Shown: positions 12,701 through 25,019 of the stretch, in pieces | How positions within the stretch are numbered: the first letter of the stretch is position 1 | Layout of the letters: every line of letters starts with the position of its first letter | Assembly (NCBI RefSeq): GCF_032191835.1 | Contig: NC_083242.1 | Coordinates: forward strand, 38,316,001-38,380,000 | Direction: 5' to 3' | DNA length: 64,000 bases | Source of the DNA: Heteronotia binoei | Taxonomy: Eukaryota | Made by a program: the position numbers and the translations under genes | Notes under the pieces: model-generated | What the model was told of the DNA's origin: nothing | Databases searched by the model: none | What the model saw: the letters and a program-made list of their open reading frames with translations, nothing else

Positions 12701-13030
12701 GCAACAGGGGACGTTCAGGGAGGCTCCTCTCCTTTGCTGGTTCCTGGGAGAGCCCTGCTGGGAGGCGTCCTTCTGACAGCAGCCAGGGAGGTCTGCCGAC
12801 AGGTGTGAAGCGGTGGTTCCTTGCAGCATGCCAGTTGGGGAGGGGCCGCGGCTCAGGGGCAGAGCCTCTGCTTGGCATGCAGAAGGTCCCAGCTTCGGTC
12901 TCCTTCTCTGCCTGGCAGTCTGAGTGGACGAGACTGACCATGATGGACGGAGGCTCTGATTCAGTGTCAGGCAGCTTCAGGCGTGTTCACCCATTCTTGT
13001 GGCAGTGAATTCCATAGGATCAATCGCAGG

Positions 13031-13578
13031 AATCATAGAAACATCGAGTTGGAAGGGACCTCCAGGATCATCTAGTCCAACCCCCTGCCCTGCACAAGGC
13101 AGGAAACTCACAAACACCTCCCCCTAAATTCACAAGATCTTCATTGCTGTCAGATGGCCATCTAGCCCCTGCTTAAAATCCTCCAAGGAAGGAGAGCCCT
13201 CCACCCCCTGAGGAAGCCTGTTCCACTGAGGAACCTCTCTAAACTCACAAATCCCTCCCCCTAAATTCACAGGATCTTCATTGCTGTCGGATGGCCATCT
13301 AGCCCCTGCTTAAAATCCTCCAAGGAAGGAGAGCCCACCACCTCCCGAGGAGGAAGCCTGTTCCACTGAGGAACCACTCTAACGGTCAGGACATTCTTCC
13401 TAATGTTGAGCCGGAAACTCTTCTGATTTAATTTCAGCCCATTGTTTCTGACCCTACCTTCTGGGGCCACAGAAAACAATTCCACACCATCCTCTATAGG
13501 ACAGCCCTTCAAGTACCTGAAGATGGTGATCATATCACCTCTCAGCCGCCTCCTCTCCAGGCTAAACATTCCCAGTTC
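13031..13578 (-). mobile_element. CR1 family A 3' fragment with a duplicated ~140-bp unit
   Basis: ORF 13267-13569 (MFSLERRRLRGDMITIF..WNRLP); two copies of the sub-terminal unit joined at ctct|aaactcacaa (13240/13241). Confidence 0.9.
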
Positions 13579-14399
13579 CCTGTTAATCCTCCTCTTACAA
13601 TGTCAAAGGACAACCTTTTCTGGCAGGCGAGGCCCTTCCTCCTTCTCACCCGACTCCTAATCAGCCTCTGGACTAAATAGCCCGAAAGGCTTAAGCTGTC
13701 CTCCGATCTCTCGGATCTCTGTCTCAGCCCAGTTTGCCTCGTAAGGTTATGGCAAGGTACAAACGCTGTGCTGAAGGGGAAGAAAAGGTGGGAACGTGGA
13801 ACATGGCGCTGGTGGCTGCAAAGAACAGAGTGGGGGACGAGGGAGCTCATCCAGTAGGGGTCTTCCAGTGCGTGAGGGCCACCTCAGGAGCCAACGGGCT
13901 TCCCGCGTGGGTGTCCAGTTTTGGACAATATATGTCTCAAAAGACAAACAGAGTGTCCTTCCACCACCTTTCTTGGGTGGCCCCAGATTAAAGTCATGCC
14001 GCTGTTTTGTACGCCCACAGGAAGCCCACGTGTTCTCCAAGCTGCACAGTAAGATCACAGCTGCGTGTGCAGTTGGGTGCATCATGAGAACTGTGTACTA
14101 CTACATTGGTGGCTCCCTGTTGCAGGAGCGTGCTGCCTGTGTGCCAGTTCTCACATAGCTCAAAAACCCCATACTTTCCCCACAAAAGAAGTGAATCCCA
14201 CAGCATGGAGCCCCCGGCAGTTTTCGCGAGCTCTGAGAGCCTGCAGGGCCTGAGCCGGTACTTGCAGCTCACGGGGAAAGAGACGGGCGCCCGCAGCCAG
14301 GCACACCTCATGGTTCTTAATGATGGAGAAAGGTCCTCTGATTGAAGGGTTCCAGGAGCAGGGAATGGAGGCTGCAGGGACAAGACTGGGAGAGATGAC

Positions 14400-15532
14400 A
14401 GCTCTGCTCCGGTAAGACCTCACCTGGAGTATTGTGTTCAGTTTTGGGCACCACATTTTGAGAAGGATACAGACAAGCTGGATGGTATCTAGAGGAGGGC
14501 GACGAAGATGGTGAGGGGTCTGGAGACCAAGTCCTATGAGGAAAGGATGAAGGAGCTGGGCATGTTTAGCCTCAAGAGGAGGCGGCTGAGAGGTGATAGG
14601 ATCACCATCTTCAAGGACTTTAAGGGCTGTCATCTAGAGGATGGTGTGGAATTGTTTTCTGTGGCCCCAGAAGGTCGGACCAGAACCAGTGGGTTGAAAT
14701 TAAAACAAAAGAGTTTCCGGTTCAGCAACAGGAAGAACTTCCTGACCATTAGAGCAGTTCCTCAGTGGAACAGGCTTCCTCCTCGGGAGGTGGTGGGCTC
14801 TCCTTCCTTGGAGGGTTTTCAACAGAGGCTGGATGGCCATCTGACAGCAATGAAGATCCTGTGAATTTAGGGGGAGGGGTTTGTGAGTTTAGAGCGGTTC
14901 CTCAGTGGAACAGGCTTCCTCCTTGGGAGGTGGTGGGCTCTCCTTCCTTGGAGGTTTTTCAACAGAGGCTGGATGGCCATCTGACAGCAATGAGGATCCT
15001 GTGAATTTGGGGGGAGGCATTTGTGAGATTAGAGCAGTTCCTCAGTGGAACAGGCTTCCTCCTTGGGAGGTGGTGGGCTCTCCTTCCTTGGAGGTTTTTT
15101 AACAGAGGCTGGATGGCCATCTGACAGCAATGAAGATCCTGTGAACTTAGGGGGAGGGGTTTGTGAGTTTAGAGCAGTTCCTCAGTGGAACAGGCTTCCT
15201 CCTTGGGAGGTGGTGGGCTCTCCTTCCTTGGAGGGTTTTCAACAGAGGCTAGATGGCCATCTGACAGCAATGAAGATCCTGTGAATTTAGGGGGAGGCGT
15301 TTGTGAGTTTAGAGCGGTTCCTCAGTGGAACAGGCTTCCTCCTTGGGAGCTGGTGGGCTCTCCTTCCTTGGAGGTTTTTAAACAGAGGCCAGATGGCCCT
15401 CTGACAGCCATGCTGATTCTGTGAACTTAGGCAGATCATGAGAAGGAGTGCAGGGGAGGTACTTATGAGTTTCTGCATTGTGCAAGGGGTTGGACTAGAT
15501 GACCTTTGAGGTCCCTTCCAGCTCTATGATTT
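14400..15532 (+). mobile_element. CR1 family A 3' fragment with five tandem 140-bp units
   Basis: ORF2 C-terminus (ORF 14508-14864); units begin agagc(a/g)gttcctcagtgg at 14751, 14891, 15031, 15171 and 15311. Confidence 0.92.
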
Positions 15533-16039
15533 TACGCCCTGGTAGTTAGTGCATCTCCTTTAACAGGCCAGGAAGTGGTGGGCCTTTGCTCTCTGTTAGG
15601 GAAAAGAGCCGCAGAGCCAGGGGTCAAACAACCTGAGTCGCTCTTGGAATGCAGGGGAGGATGTAACAGAGGCAGCATGCCCTTGCGGAAGAGAGAGGAG
15701 TCTCTGTATCGGTTGCTTGTGCTGCAGCCCTGGTGTGATCCCCACATGATGAGCGGGACAACTGGATTTGAGTCCAGGAGTCAAGGGGCGCCTTGCTTCT
15801 TGAAAGCTTCTGCCCCAAGAATCCTGTTGGCCTGGACTTGAATCCAGCTCTTTTGCTGCAGCCCAGTTTCACAGCCCTGTGAGAAACTGCATTGGGCAGA
15901 GATGCTCTTATCCAGGGCTTTTTTTGTAGCAGGAGCTCCTTGCATATTGGGCCCCACCCCCCTGATGCAGCCGATCCTCCAAGAGCTTACAGGGCTCTTC
16001 TTCCAGGGCCTACTGGAAGCTCCTGGAGAACTGACTTCA

Positions 16040-16662
16040 TAATTTATTTTATTTATTTTTATTTGATTTGATTTATATCCCGCCCTCTTCGCCGAAGCAG
16101 GCTCAGGGCGGCTCACAGCATAAAATCCCAACAGACAGTTAAAATCAATAAGTATTAAAATTACACATTCAACAGTAAAACAAAAATTCAATAGTTTAAA
16201 CAGTTAAGAAAAGAATATTAGTTTGGTGCTGTTTCAGTGGCATTTCTTCCAGGTCCCTGAAATCCAGGCGCCGTGTGTCAGTTAAACGCCAGCCGGAAGA
16301 AAACAGTCTTGCAGGCCCTGGGGAACTGCGCAAGGTCCCGCGAGGCCCTCGCTTCCTCTGGCAGTTGAGTCCACCAGCAGGGGGCTGCAATCGAGAAGGC
16401 CCTGTCTCTGGTGGTTTTTAGTTTGGCCTCCTTTGGCCCGAGGATTACTAGCAGATTTTGTGACCCTGGGGAGAGACAGTCCCTAAGGTAGGCAGGTCCT
16501 CGGCCATATAGGGCTTTAAAGGTAATAACCAGCACCTTGTAACGAATCCGGTATCCTACTGGCAGCCAGTGCAGTTCCTGCAGTCTCAGCTGAATGTGAC
16601 TGGGGAGCCCCAGTAACAGCCTGGCGGTCGCGTTCTACACTAACTAGAGCTTCCGGGTTCAG
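16040..16662 (-). mobile_element. L2-clade LINE 3' fragment
   Basis: Minus ORF 16278-16535 (LVITFKALYGRGPAYLRDCL..RAFSIAAPCWWTQLP) plus an AT-rich ...gggcgggatataaatcaaat tail. Confidence 0.8.
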
Positions 16663-17614
16663 CACCAATCAGGGGATGTGGCCTAAAATGCAAAGCAGTT
16701 CCTGCTTCAAAAAAAAGCCCTGCAAGTTCATATCTAGTACTGCAGTATGTTGGCTGAGGAGCCGTTCCGAACTGACTTGTTGTGGGGCACGAATAGGGAG
16801 GGCTGAGGCTCAGAGGCCCCTGCTTTGCACACAGAAGTGCCCCTTCGGTGGCAGGTGACGCCGAGGAGAGTTCTGTGCCAGAAGCCCTGCGAGAGGCTCT
16901 GGCTGTCAGAGGAGGCGGCCCTGAGCGAGGTGGATGGGGGTAACTTGATATGAGGCAGCTTCAGTCACCTCCCCGCTGGCTGGCGTGTCCTCGTTGGCCA
17001 GGGCTGGAGCTCTGGGAGCCTTTGCTGGTAAATGGTGCCTGGGAGGCCGGCCCCATCAAAGGTCATCTTGGCCGAAGGTGCCTGAGGATATCTTTCCAGG
17101 GCCCTGTGTCTGTCCTCGAGCCATCCGGAGGCTTCCAGAGCCTGGCTGGCGTCTTCTCAGAGGAGTGTTTGATCACATCTTCCTGAAGCTCCTGCCTTGG
17201 TCTTTTCTGGGGGCTGCGAAGTAGTCATCCTGCCAGTCCCCAAGAGGATTTGGCCTTTTGTCCAGGCCTTCTGGGCCACTCCTGCTTCTTGGGCTGAAAA
17301 CTGAGGCCTTGCTCCCCCAGAAGGGCTGCTCCACAGGCCCTTCTGACCAAGGGGAGGAAAGCACTTGGGCGTCTCAGCTCCGTCACTCCCCAGCCAGGGT
17401 GTCCTTCCCACAGGGAAGATTTCTGCTTGCGCTTAGCCTTGGGACTGTCTTGGACAGATTTTGGTCCAGAAATAGGAGTTGCTCCCCCTGCCCCCTCCCC
17501 TCCCCAAGTTAGGAGCCCACGTCAGCTCCTCATTCCAATATATATCGGGAGCACAGAAGAGCTCCTTTATGGAGACTGCCAGTAAGACTTTATTTTTAAA
17601 CAGCGCTAATTCAA

Positions 17615-17915
17615 ATAGCAGGAGCCCTGTGGGGCAGAGTTGTAAAGCTGCAGTATTGCAGTCCAAGCGCTGCTCATGACCTGAGCTCGATCCCGGCGGA
17701 AGCTGGGTTCAGGTAGATGGCTCAAGGTTGACTCAGCCTTCCATCCTTCCAAGGTCGGTAAAATGAGTGCCCAGCTTGCTGGGGGGAAAGTGTAGATGAC
17801 TGGGGAAGGCAATGGCAAACCACCGTAAAAAGTCTGCTGTGAAAACGTCATGATGCGCCATCACCCCAGAGTTAGAAACGACTGGTGCTTGCACAGGGGA
17901 CTCCCTTTTTAACCT
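17615..17915 (+). mobile_element. Sauria SINE
   Basis: Recalled Sauria SINE core ggctcaaggttgactcagccttccatccttcc.aggtcggtaaaatgag and BovB-like tail ggggaaggcaatggcaaaccacc. Confidence 0.75.
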
Positions 17916-20679
17916 TTTTCATTCAAAGCACGCTCGTCTAGATCCTTACGCCGAGGGAGGGCTGGAGTTGGGGGAGGGGAACGGGTGAGGAGAAATGGTC
18001 CAGATGTGGGGCTGTGCTGTGCGTTTGTCTGGAGTGAGGAGGCTGTAGGCTGTGCAGGTTTACCTGGGAGTAAGGCATCTTGGCTTTGGTGGAGCTGTTG
18101 CGTGGGGGGGGGGAGGAGCAGGGTTGAGCTGAAGCAGCCTCTGTGCTCTTGGAAGAGCAGCAGAGGGGAAGAAGTGGAAGGTGGAGGTCCTGAGGCCCTT
18201 TGTAGCGGGGAGGGGTGCTGGTGGGGTACGGATTGGTTCCTCCAACATGGTGCCAGAGAATCTTCCTTCCTTCTGTAGGGCTCTGCAGGCCTCCTTGGGG
18301 AACGCAGCATCTCCTGTCTTGTTTGTGGGCTCCCTCGAGGCAGCTGGTCAGCCACTGGGTGAGCTGGATTTGAGAGGCCTTGATCTGGCGGGGCTCTCAG
18401 GGAGGGGAAAGGTCAGCCTTCCTGCGGTGAAGTCCCCCAGGGGACAGGCGTTGAAGACATCAGGATGTGCTTTGGGGCCTGCTGGCTGCAAGCCCTGGAG
18501 GGACGGGCTGTTTACTCCGTCTGCTCAGCGCCTGTTCCGCAGGGCTTTCTCTGCCTGCGGAGGATGCGCCCAAAGGTGGTGAGGGCCAGGAGGCAGGGAT
18601 ATGGTGGCCCTGAAAGCAGGGTGAAGTGGGAGGCAGCAAAAGCTTCGCAGTGTAGCCCTCTCAGTCCCTCCCCGAGGCGCAGAGTGGGCATTTCCAAAGA
18701 CAGCAGGGCTGCCCAAATCCTTGCCTTATAGGCAGGACATACGCTGGTGTCTTGAAGGATCACCCACACTTCTGTGCCTGGTTCCTTCCAGAACGGTGAC
18801 AGTTCTTGGCTGTCTTCCTCCAGCTCTTCTCTCCTGGGAACAGCAGTGCCCAGAAGCAAGGTGACTCCTAACTCCCCCCTCCTCTTTTGCGTGTGCTTGG
18901 ATGCCTTTGGCTTGCACCATTCAGAAGACTGGGGGGTGCATTACCGCAGGCCACTACCACCCCCAGTGTATCGCGAGTGGCTCAGCCCGGCTGCCCAAAG
19001 AGTTTGGCAATTGCCAGGCAAGTGCAGGATAGCTGGAATTCAGGGCCCGTCTGCTGCAGAGGAAGCTCTGCCCCCCCCCCCCCCGCCTCGCCTCCCCATT
19101 GCTGCTGCTGTGCCAGGGAACCCTGGGAAGAACCGAGGCTTGGGGCCGGGCTGTCCTGAGTGCATGGCTGTGAGCCACAGAAAGGCAAGGACTTTTGCAT
19201 GCCGTTCGCGTGTTCCTCTCCAGCGGCTTTGAAGGCAGGAGAAAAGTCCCCTGATGCTCGGGCTCTGGTGAAAAGGGGATGCCCTTCAAGCAGCCGGGGG
19301 GTGTTGAGCTGAGGCTCCCACGGACTTTGGTGGGGAGTGGGGCAGGGGCTCGTCTTGGTGGTTTCTGGCCTGGCTGAAGTCGTGTGGGGCTGAGCTGCAC
19401 CTCCGCTGGGTCAGCCAGGCTGTGGGGGGAGGGGTGCTCTCTGCCCCCCTCCCAGAGGATCAGGCAGGGAGAGCTCAAGACAGCAGCCCCTCAGAGCCTC
19501 CCCCCCCCCCAGGCGTGAGCTGCACTTGGAGTCTCTGCAGGGGGAAGGAGGGGAGCGGTGCTTACTGTGTCTGGCTTGGAGCTGGAGGTGTGCGGCTGGC
19601 CCTGGCAGCGCGCGGAGCCTTTTCCCCCTTCTGCTGGATGGAGGTGGTCTCTAGACGTTTCCTTCCCTTGGCTTCCCTTTTGTGGGGGGGGGGGGGGGGG
19701 GCGTTACATGGCTACTGACAGGTTCAGTGAGGCTGGGGGTGTGTGTGGATCTGGGTGCAGGGCTGAGGGCCGAGAGAGCCGAGAGAGGGTTTAGCGCAGT
19801 CAGCCGGTTATTGGGGCGGGTGGAGAGTCCAGCTGGGATCATGGGAGTTCCAATCCCCGTGCAGCCGTGAGCCTCTCTGGGTGATCTCTGTACAGTCCCT
19901 CTCCCTCTCCCCATGTAGCCACGCTGGCCTGAGCACCTTGGGAGAAGGGCAGACTCAAAAAGTCGGACTGGGTGGGTAAGTCCAGAAAGCCACTCCTGTG
20001 TTCCTTGGACGGGATCTTTCCTGGTGAATGTCTGAATTTGGGGGGGGGGGGGGGCACAAGCCCCCTGGGTGAGAGGCATTGTTCCCTGAAGGCCAGCACA
20101 CAGAAGGTGTGTGGCTGGACAGTGGTGCTTCTGCTGTCACAAGCCATGGGGAGAGTAGATGTGGCCGCCGTGAGCCTCTCTCAGCTTGCGCTGGCCAGTG
20201 GGGCTCCCAGCTTTCGTGGGCAGCAGCGACTCCTGCCTGACTGGAGGACTGGCCACGGATTAGAAGTTTTCAAGCAACAGTTTGGGAACCGTTTTATAGA
20301 TCTATCCCATTCCTTTGTGAAATGAGAAAAAACTTTCCTCACATGCATTTAAAAATGAGAATTTTAATGTTGGGGGTTAGGAGATTGGAAGCTATGACGT
20401 GCTTTGTGCTGTTCTTTTTGCCCCACTTTTCATAGTTTGTGGATCTGACTGGCCTCTGTCCTGAGGGTGGGATGGGCTGAGCTGCCCAGGGCAGGTTCTC
20501 TGGAAGGAGGGGGGGGGGGGCACATGGATTTCTGAAATGAACAGCGGCACTCTGAGGCCTACAGCTGGGTAGAGGGTTGGGGGTGGGGTACAGAGGACTC
20601 GGTCAGGCCCCCTCCCTCAAAGGGCCAGCGCTGGAGGGGTGAAAGTGTGAGAAAGCAGGTTTATATGCTGCCTTGATAG

Positions 20680-20740
20680 GAATTTATGTGGAATGTGATT
20701 GTATGAAGCTTGTTGAAGCCTACACGAAACAAGGATTTGC
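20680..20740 (+). other. Candidate upstream exon of CDIP1 (5'UTR or short N-terminal extension)
   Basis: Acceptor ccttgatag|G and donor TTTGC|GTATGG. ATG at 20703 joins in frame to CDIP1 ATG 21173 via the 21169 acceptor. Inferred only, with no transcript evidence. Confidence 0.4.
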
Positions 20741-21172
20741 GTATGGCCTCGTCACTGGATAATATTGCCCAGCTGCATTGGACCAAGAAATTCTCAATTG
20801 GGAGCACTGGACTCATGAGAACACTCCCTTTGGATGTTTCCTCCCGACCCTTTTTCTTGGAGAGATTGCTGTCATAGCATCATGAAGAGACTTGGGGGAG
20901 GGGGGGGGGGCGTGGAAACGGACGTTCTTGTTCACATGCACTAATATTTGTATGTCTTGGTTTAAGAAATTTATTACTTTCCATAAGAAATTGTGATTGT
21001 TGTTCATTTTGGAGGCTGGTTGATGCGGAGGCTTGTTGGCTCCCCCCCCCCCCCCCGCAAGGTCCGAGGGGTGGCAAAATGGCCTCTGGACCATTCCCAC
21101 AACCCGTCCTTCCCTGCAAATGCCATTTCCGAGCTGCAGCTCATTCTGCCTCTTGGTTTCTCTTGCAGGAAG

Positions 21173-23185
21173 ATGTCCAGCGACCCTCCACCCCCCTACC
21201 CAGGGGGACCGTCAGCCCCCCTCTTGGAAGAGAAGGATGGTGCCCCTTTCCCAGCAGGTACGGGGCTGAGCACGAGGAGGTTTCCGCCCATGGGGGGCAC
21301 CTGCTGGGGTTCCCGAGGAACAGGAGAGCAGCCCCCAGAGGCTGGAATGGGGGGGAGGGTTTTAGGGAGAGGGTCTTGCTCAGCGGGCCCCGATTCTCAT
21401 GGGGTTCCCCTTCCTCCGAAGCACTCTTGGTCCAGCTGTGTGCTCCTTTGGGTATCGAGCAGGCCGCAAGCCAATCCCACCCCCTTTGGCTTGATACTTG
21501 TGTCCCCCTCCCAGCGACAGCTGCCCAGCAATTCTCCCTCCCTTCTTCTTCGGTCCCTTTTGCAGGCGGAGTCTCGCCCTCCATGGTGCAGCCACAGATG
21601 CAGCCGCCCGGCCCCCCGCTGCAGCCGCCTTCTGAGTACGGGCCCCCTCCCTACGAGCCGCCCCCCCACCCGGGCTTCATTCCCTTGCCCCCTGATGGAT
21701 CCCTGCCCTACATGCCCCCTGGTGAGTTGGAGGGCAGTCTCCTGCAGGATGTTGGGGCCAGAGACTCCATGGGGGGGGGCAGCCAGAGGTGACAGGCATG
21801 GAGAGCCAGGGTGGTGTCGGGGTTAAGAGTGCTGGCTTAGTGATTTGGGAGACCCAGGTTCGAATCCCCACTTGGGCCATGGAAGCTGGCTGGACGGCCT
21901 TGGGACAGTCATCGCCTAAGCTACCTCCCAGGGTGGTTGTGGTGAGGGAGGGAGAGAGGCAGGCTGTGAAGGAAGGAAGGAAGGAAGGAAGGAAGGAAGG
22001 AAGGAAGGAAGGAAGGAAGGAAGGAAGGAAGGAAGGAAGGAAGGAAGGAAGTCATACGCAAGTTCAGTGCCTCCATCCTAGGGAGCCATCTGTTCCAGGA
22101 CAGGCTTCCACATTGGGGGCCTGAATGGTGGATCTCTGAGGGAGACGGTGAGCCCGACACAGCCGGGCTTGTCTACTCAGGTCACCTGAGAGCAGATCGG
22201 GGGTCAGCAGGGCCGTGAGGAGCCCTCTGGGGAGTTGCAGAAGGCTGAGGTCTGGATGCTGGGCGAGGCAACTGCCGGAGTTCCCTGCTGGGCACTTCCT
22301 GGTGCGCTGTGATCCCAGGTGGCGCAGGGCCTCGGGGAGCTGCAAGCTGGCCTGGCCTGAGCCCGCCCTCTTCTCTCTAGGAGGCTACTACGTGCCCCCA
22401 GGGCCACACGCTGCCGCCGGCTACTACCCCCCAGCAGGCCCCTACCCGCCCCCCGGGAGCCAGACGGCGACGGTTCTGGTGCCCTCGGGGGCGGCAACGA
22501 CCGTGACGGTGCTGCAGGGGGAGATCTTCCAGGCAGCCCCCGTGCCCACGGTGTGCCCCCACTGCCAGCAGGCCATCACCACCAAGATCTCCCACGAAAT
22601 CGGCTTCATGAGCTTCCTGGTGGGCTTCTTCTGCTGCTTCGTGGGGTACGTGAGGGGCAGGAAGGAGGCCCAGGCGGCCGAGAGGGGAGGTGTGGGGTGA
22701 AGCAAAAAGCCACCCTGTTTGGGGGGTGGGGGGCATTCCCCTGGCCCAGGAGGGCAGCTCTGTCGAACTGCTGGCTCAAGCAGCCAGCTCAGCTTCCCCG
22801 GCACTTCTGGCCTTTGCTGTTAGGCTTGCAGGGGAAAGGGGGGGGGGGCAATAGCTGTTCTTTTTGCCCCATTTGGGATTTTCTGGCTGTGCCTTGCAGG
22901 CGAGAGATTGCAGGATCTCTTGGACTGAAGCCCTCAATGGATGATGGGCAACTTCTGTTCACGTCCTCTCCCCTGCCCCTCACCCCCCCCCCAAGAAAGC
23001 TGCTGCCCCCTCCCTTGGCTTGGCGCTTCTTCAGCTGTGCTCTCTCTTCTCCCCCCCCCCCCCGGCTCTTCAGGTGTGACCTGGGCTGCTGTTTGATCCC
23101 GTGTCTTCTGGACGACTTCAAGGACGTGACGCACACCTGCCCCAACTGCAAGGGCTACATCTACACATACAAGCGCATGTGCTAG
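21173..23185 (+). CDS. CDIP1: Cell death-inducing p53-target protein 1 (LITAF family), 205 aa
   Basis: Coding exons 21173-21257, 21566-21721, 22381-22645, 23074-23185 (618 nt). [22 protein letters not shown]-terminus, PPxY motifs, LITAF domain CPHC...hydrophobic stretch...HTCPNC, ending YKRMC*. Confidence 0.97.
21968..22050 (+). repeat. (GGAA)n microsatellite in CDIP1 intron
   Basis: About 20 perfect GAAG units. Confidence 0.95.
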
Positions 23186-24217
23186 CGGCACTCCCTGGGC
23201 TGAGCCACCTCCCCACCCCCAGCCTCTTCCTCCTCCTCGGGCCGCCCGCCCGACTTCACCTGCACCGCCCAACGCTTCTTTTGCCCGTCCCTTCTCCAGC
23301 CGCTGCAGAGAACTTGCAGGGCCTCTGGAACCACGGGGGCATTGGGGGGGGCGCAGAAGGGTGGCGGGGGGGCCGTCTCGTGTGGCTCTCCTGTCGTGGG
23401 GAAGAGACTCTACCTCAAGCATCTCGGCCCCCCTGCCATTGCCCTTTGACTGACTGTGGGAGGACCCAACCGGATGCTGGAGGTCGCGCAGGAGGCCCCC
23501 CCCCCCACCGTCTCCCCTTTGGAGTCTGCTTGGAAGGAGGGTTGTGTCGCTCCCCCCCCCCCCCCAGAGGGCACTGGAGAGCCCCGGCTGCTCAAAGAGG
23601 CAGCGTGAACGGAGATGTTTGTGATCTTGGCCTCGTGCTTGGTTCTGCACACGCATGAGTGGATCCAGGATCTGTCCTCCCCTCCCCCTCCCACCTACGG
23701 CTCCCTGGGGGGCAGGGCCCCTGCTGGCATCTGTCCTGCCCGGGGGAGGGGGAGAGGCCGCTGGGGGGCCTCCATGGCTCCTCCTTCCCTGCCTGGTTCC
23801 TGTTGCTTCCTGCCCTTCACCTGGGTTTGTGGGGAGGCTCCAGATGAGCCCATGAGCCCCCCCCCCCTTTGACTCCACGCGTGTAGATAGCTTGGCCAAC
23901 TTGTGTAGGAATGTGCTCGCCTGCAGTTTTGTTTTAACAGCGATGTGAAATGTGTGTAACCCCCCCCCTGCACTCCCCACACACACACTTGGTTTTGCAC
24001 TTGTTCCTCTGGGGAAGTCCCCCCTCCCCCCACTCTTTGCATGGATATTCAAGGTAGGTAAGTGTGGGGGCAGCAAAGGCCCCCTTGGGGGGTGGGCCCC
24101 AACCCCACCCGCTCCTCAGCCAGTGCCCCAGGGAGGCTGCCCCACCCCTTTGTGCCCCCAAGAGGTCTGGGGGGGGGAGGGGCTCGTGCTGGACAGGCTA
24201 TTCCATGTTTGTATATA

Positions 24218-24223
24218 AATAAA
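24218..24223 (+). terminator. Probable CDIP1 polyadenylation signal
   Basis: AATAAA about 1 kb after the stop, immediately before repeat-derived DNA. Confidence 0.6.
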
Positions 24224-24272
24224 TGAAAGACTCCCCTCACTAGCTTGTGTGGTTGATTTCTAGCAGGGGGAA

Positions 24273-24552
24273 GAGAGCCAGTTTGGTGTAGTGGTGAAGT
24301 GTGTGGACTCTTATCTGGGAGAACGGGGTTTGATTCCCTGCTCCTCCACTCGCACCTGCTGGAATGGCCTTGGGTCAGCCATAGCTCTTGTAGTTGTCCT
24401 TGAAAGGGCAGCTGCTGTGAGAGCCCTCTCAGCCCCACCCACCTCACAGGGTGTCTGTTGTGGGGGGAGAAGATACAGGCGATTGTCAGCCACTCTGAGA
24501 CTCTGATTCAGAAAGAAGGGCGGGGTATAAGGCTGCAGTCTTCAGTCTTCTT
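24273..24552 (+). mobile_element. tRNA-derived SINE (family S1), full length
   Basis: A-box tggtgtagtgg, B-box ggtttgattcc, shared body and (tct)n tail. Confidence 0.8.
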
Positions 24553-25019
24553 CTTGTCTGGCACCCGTGCTGCTTGGAGAATGGGGCGAGGTCTGGACTG
24601 AGAAGAGGGAGGGAGGGCTGGAGAGCTGATGGAAGCCCCTCCCCCCCAGCACTAGCCCTCTTGTTGTACCAGGAGGGGGCTGCAGAGAGGTGCCGGGTGA
24701 AGGGTTCAGACTGGCCTATCAGCCCTGGCCCTGGAAGGTCCGCTCCCTCCCCCCTCCCCGTGGAGCCCCAGGAGCTCTATGGTGTCCCTTTGCCAGCTCT
24801 TGGAGTGGCTCCTCCTCCTCGCCCGCCAGGCTCTGCAGGGGGAGTCCTCCTGAGGCCCCTCCCCAGCTCCCCTGGAAGTAGTTCCACGGCCAGAAGTGGG
24901 AGACACATGGAGGAGCCAAAAGGAATGGAGGCCGCCATTGTCACCAACCGGCTACTGCTTTGCTATGGGGAGGAGAAATGAGGGAGGCAAGAGAAGGGTG
25001 ACATTGAAATGTTATGAAC

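Noticed and set aside
22934-24076. 380-aa minus-strand ORF
   Set aside because: Antisense to the CDIP1 last exon and GC-rich 3'UTR, compositionally biased, with no recognisable domain.
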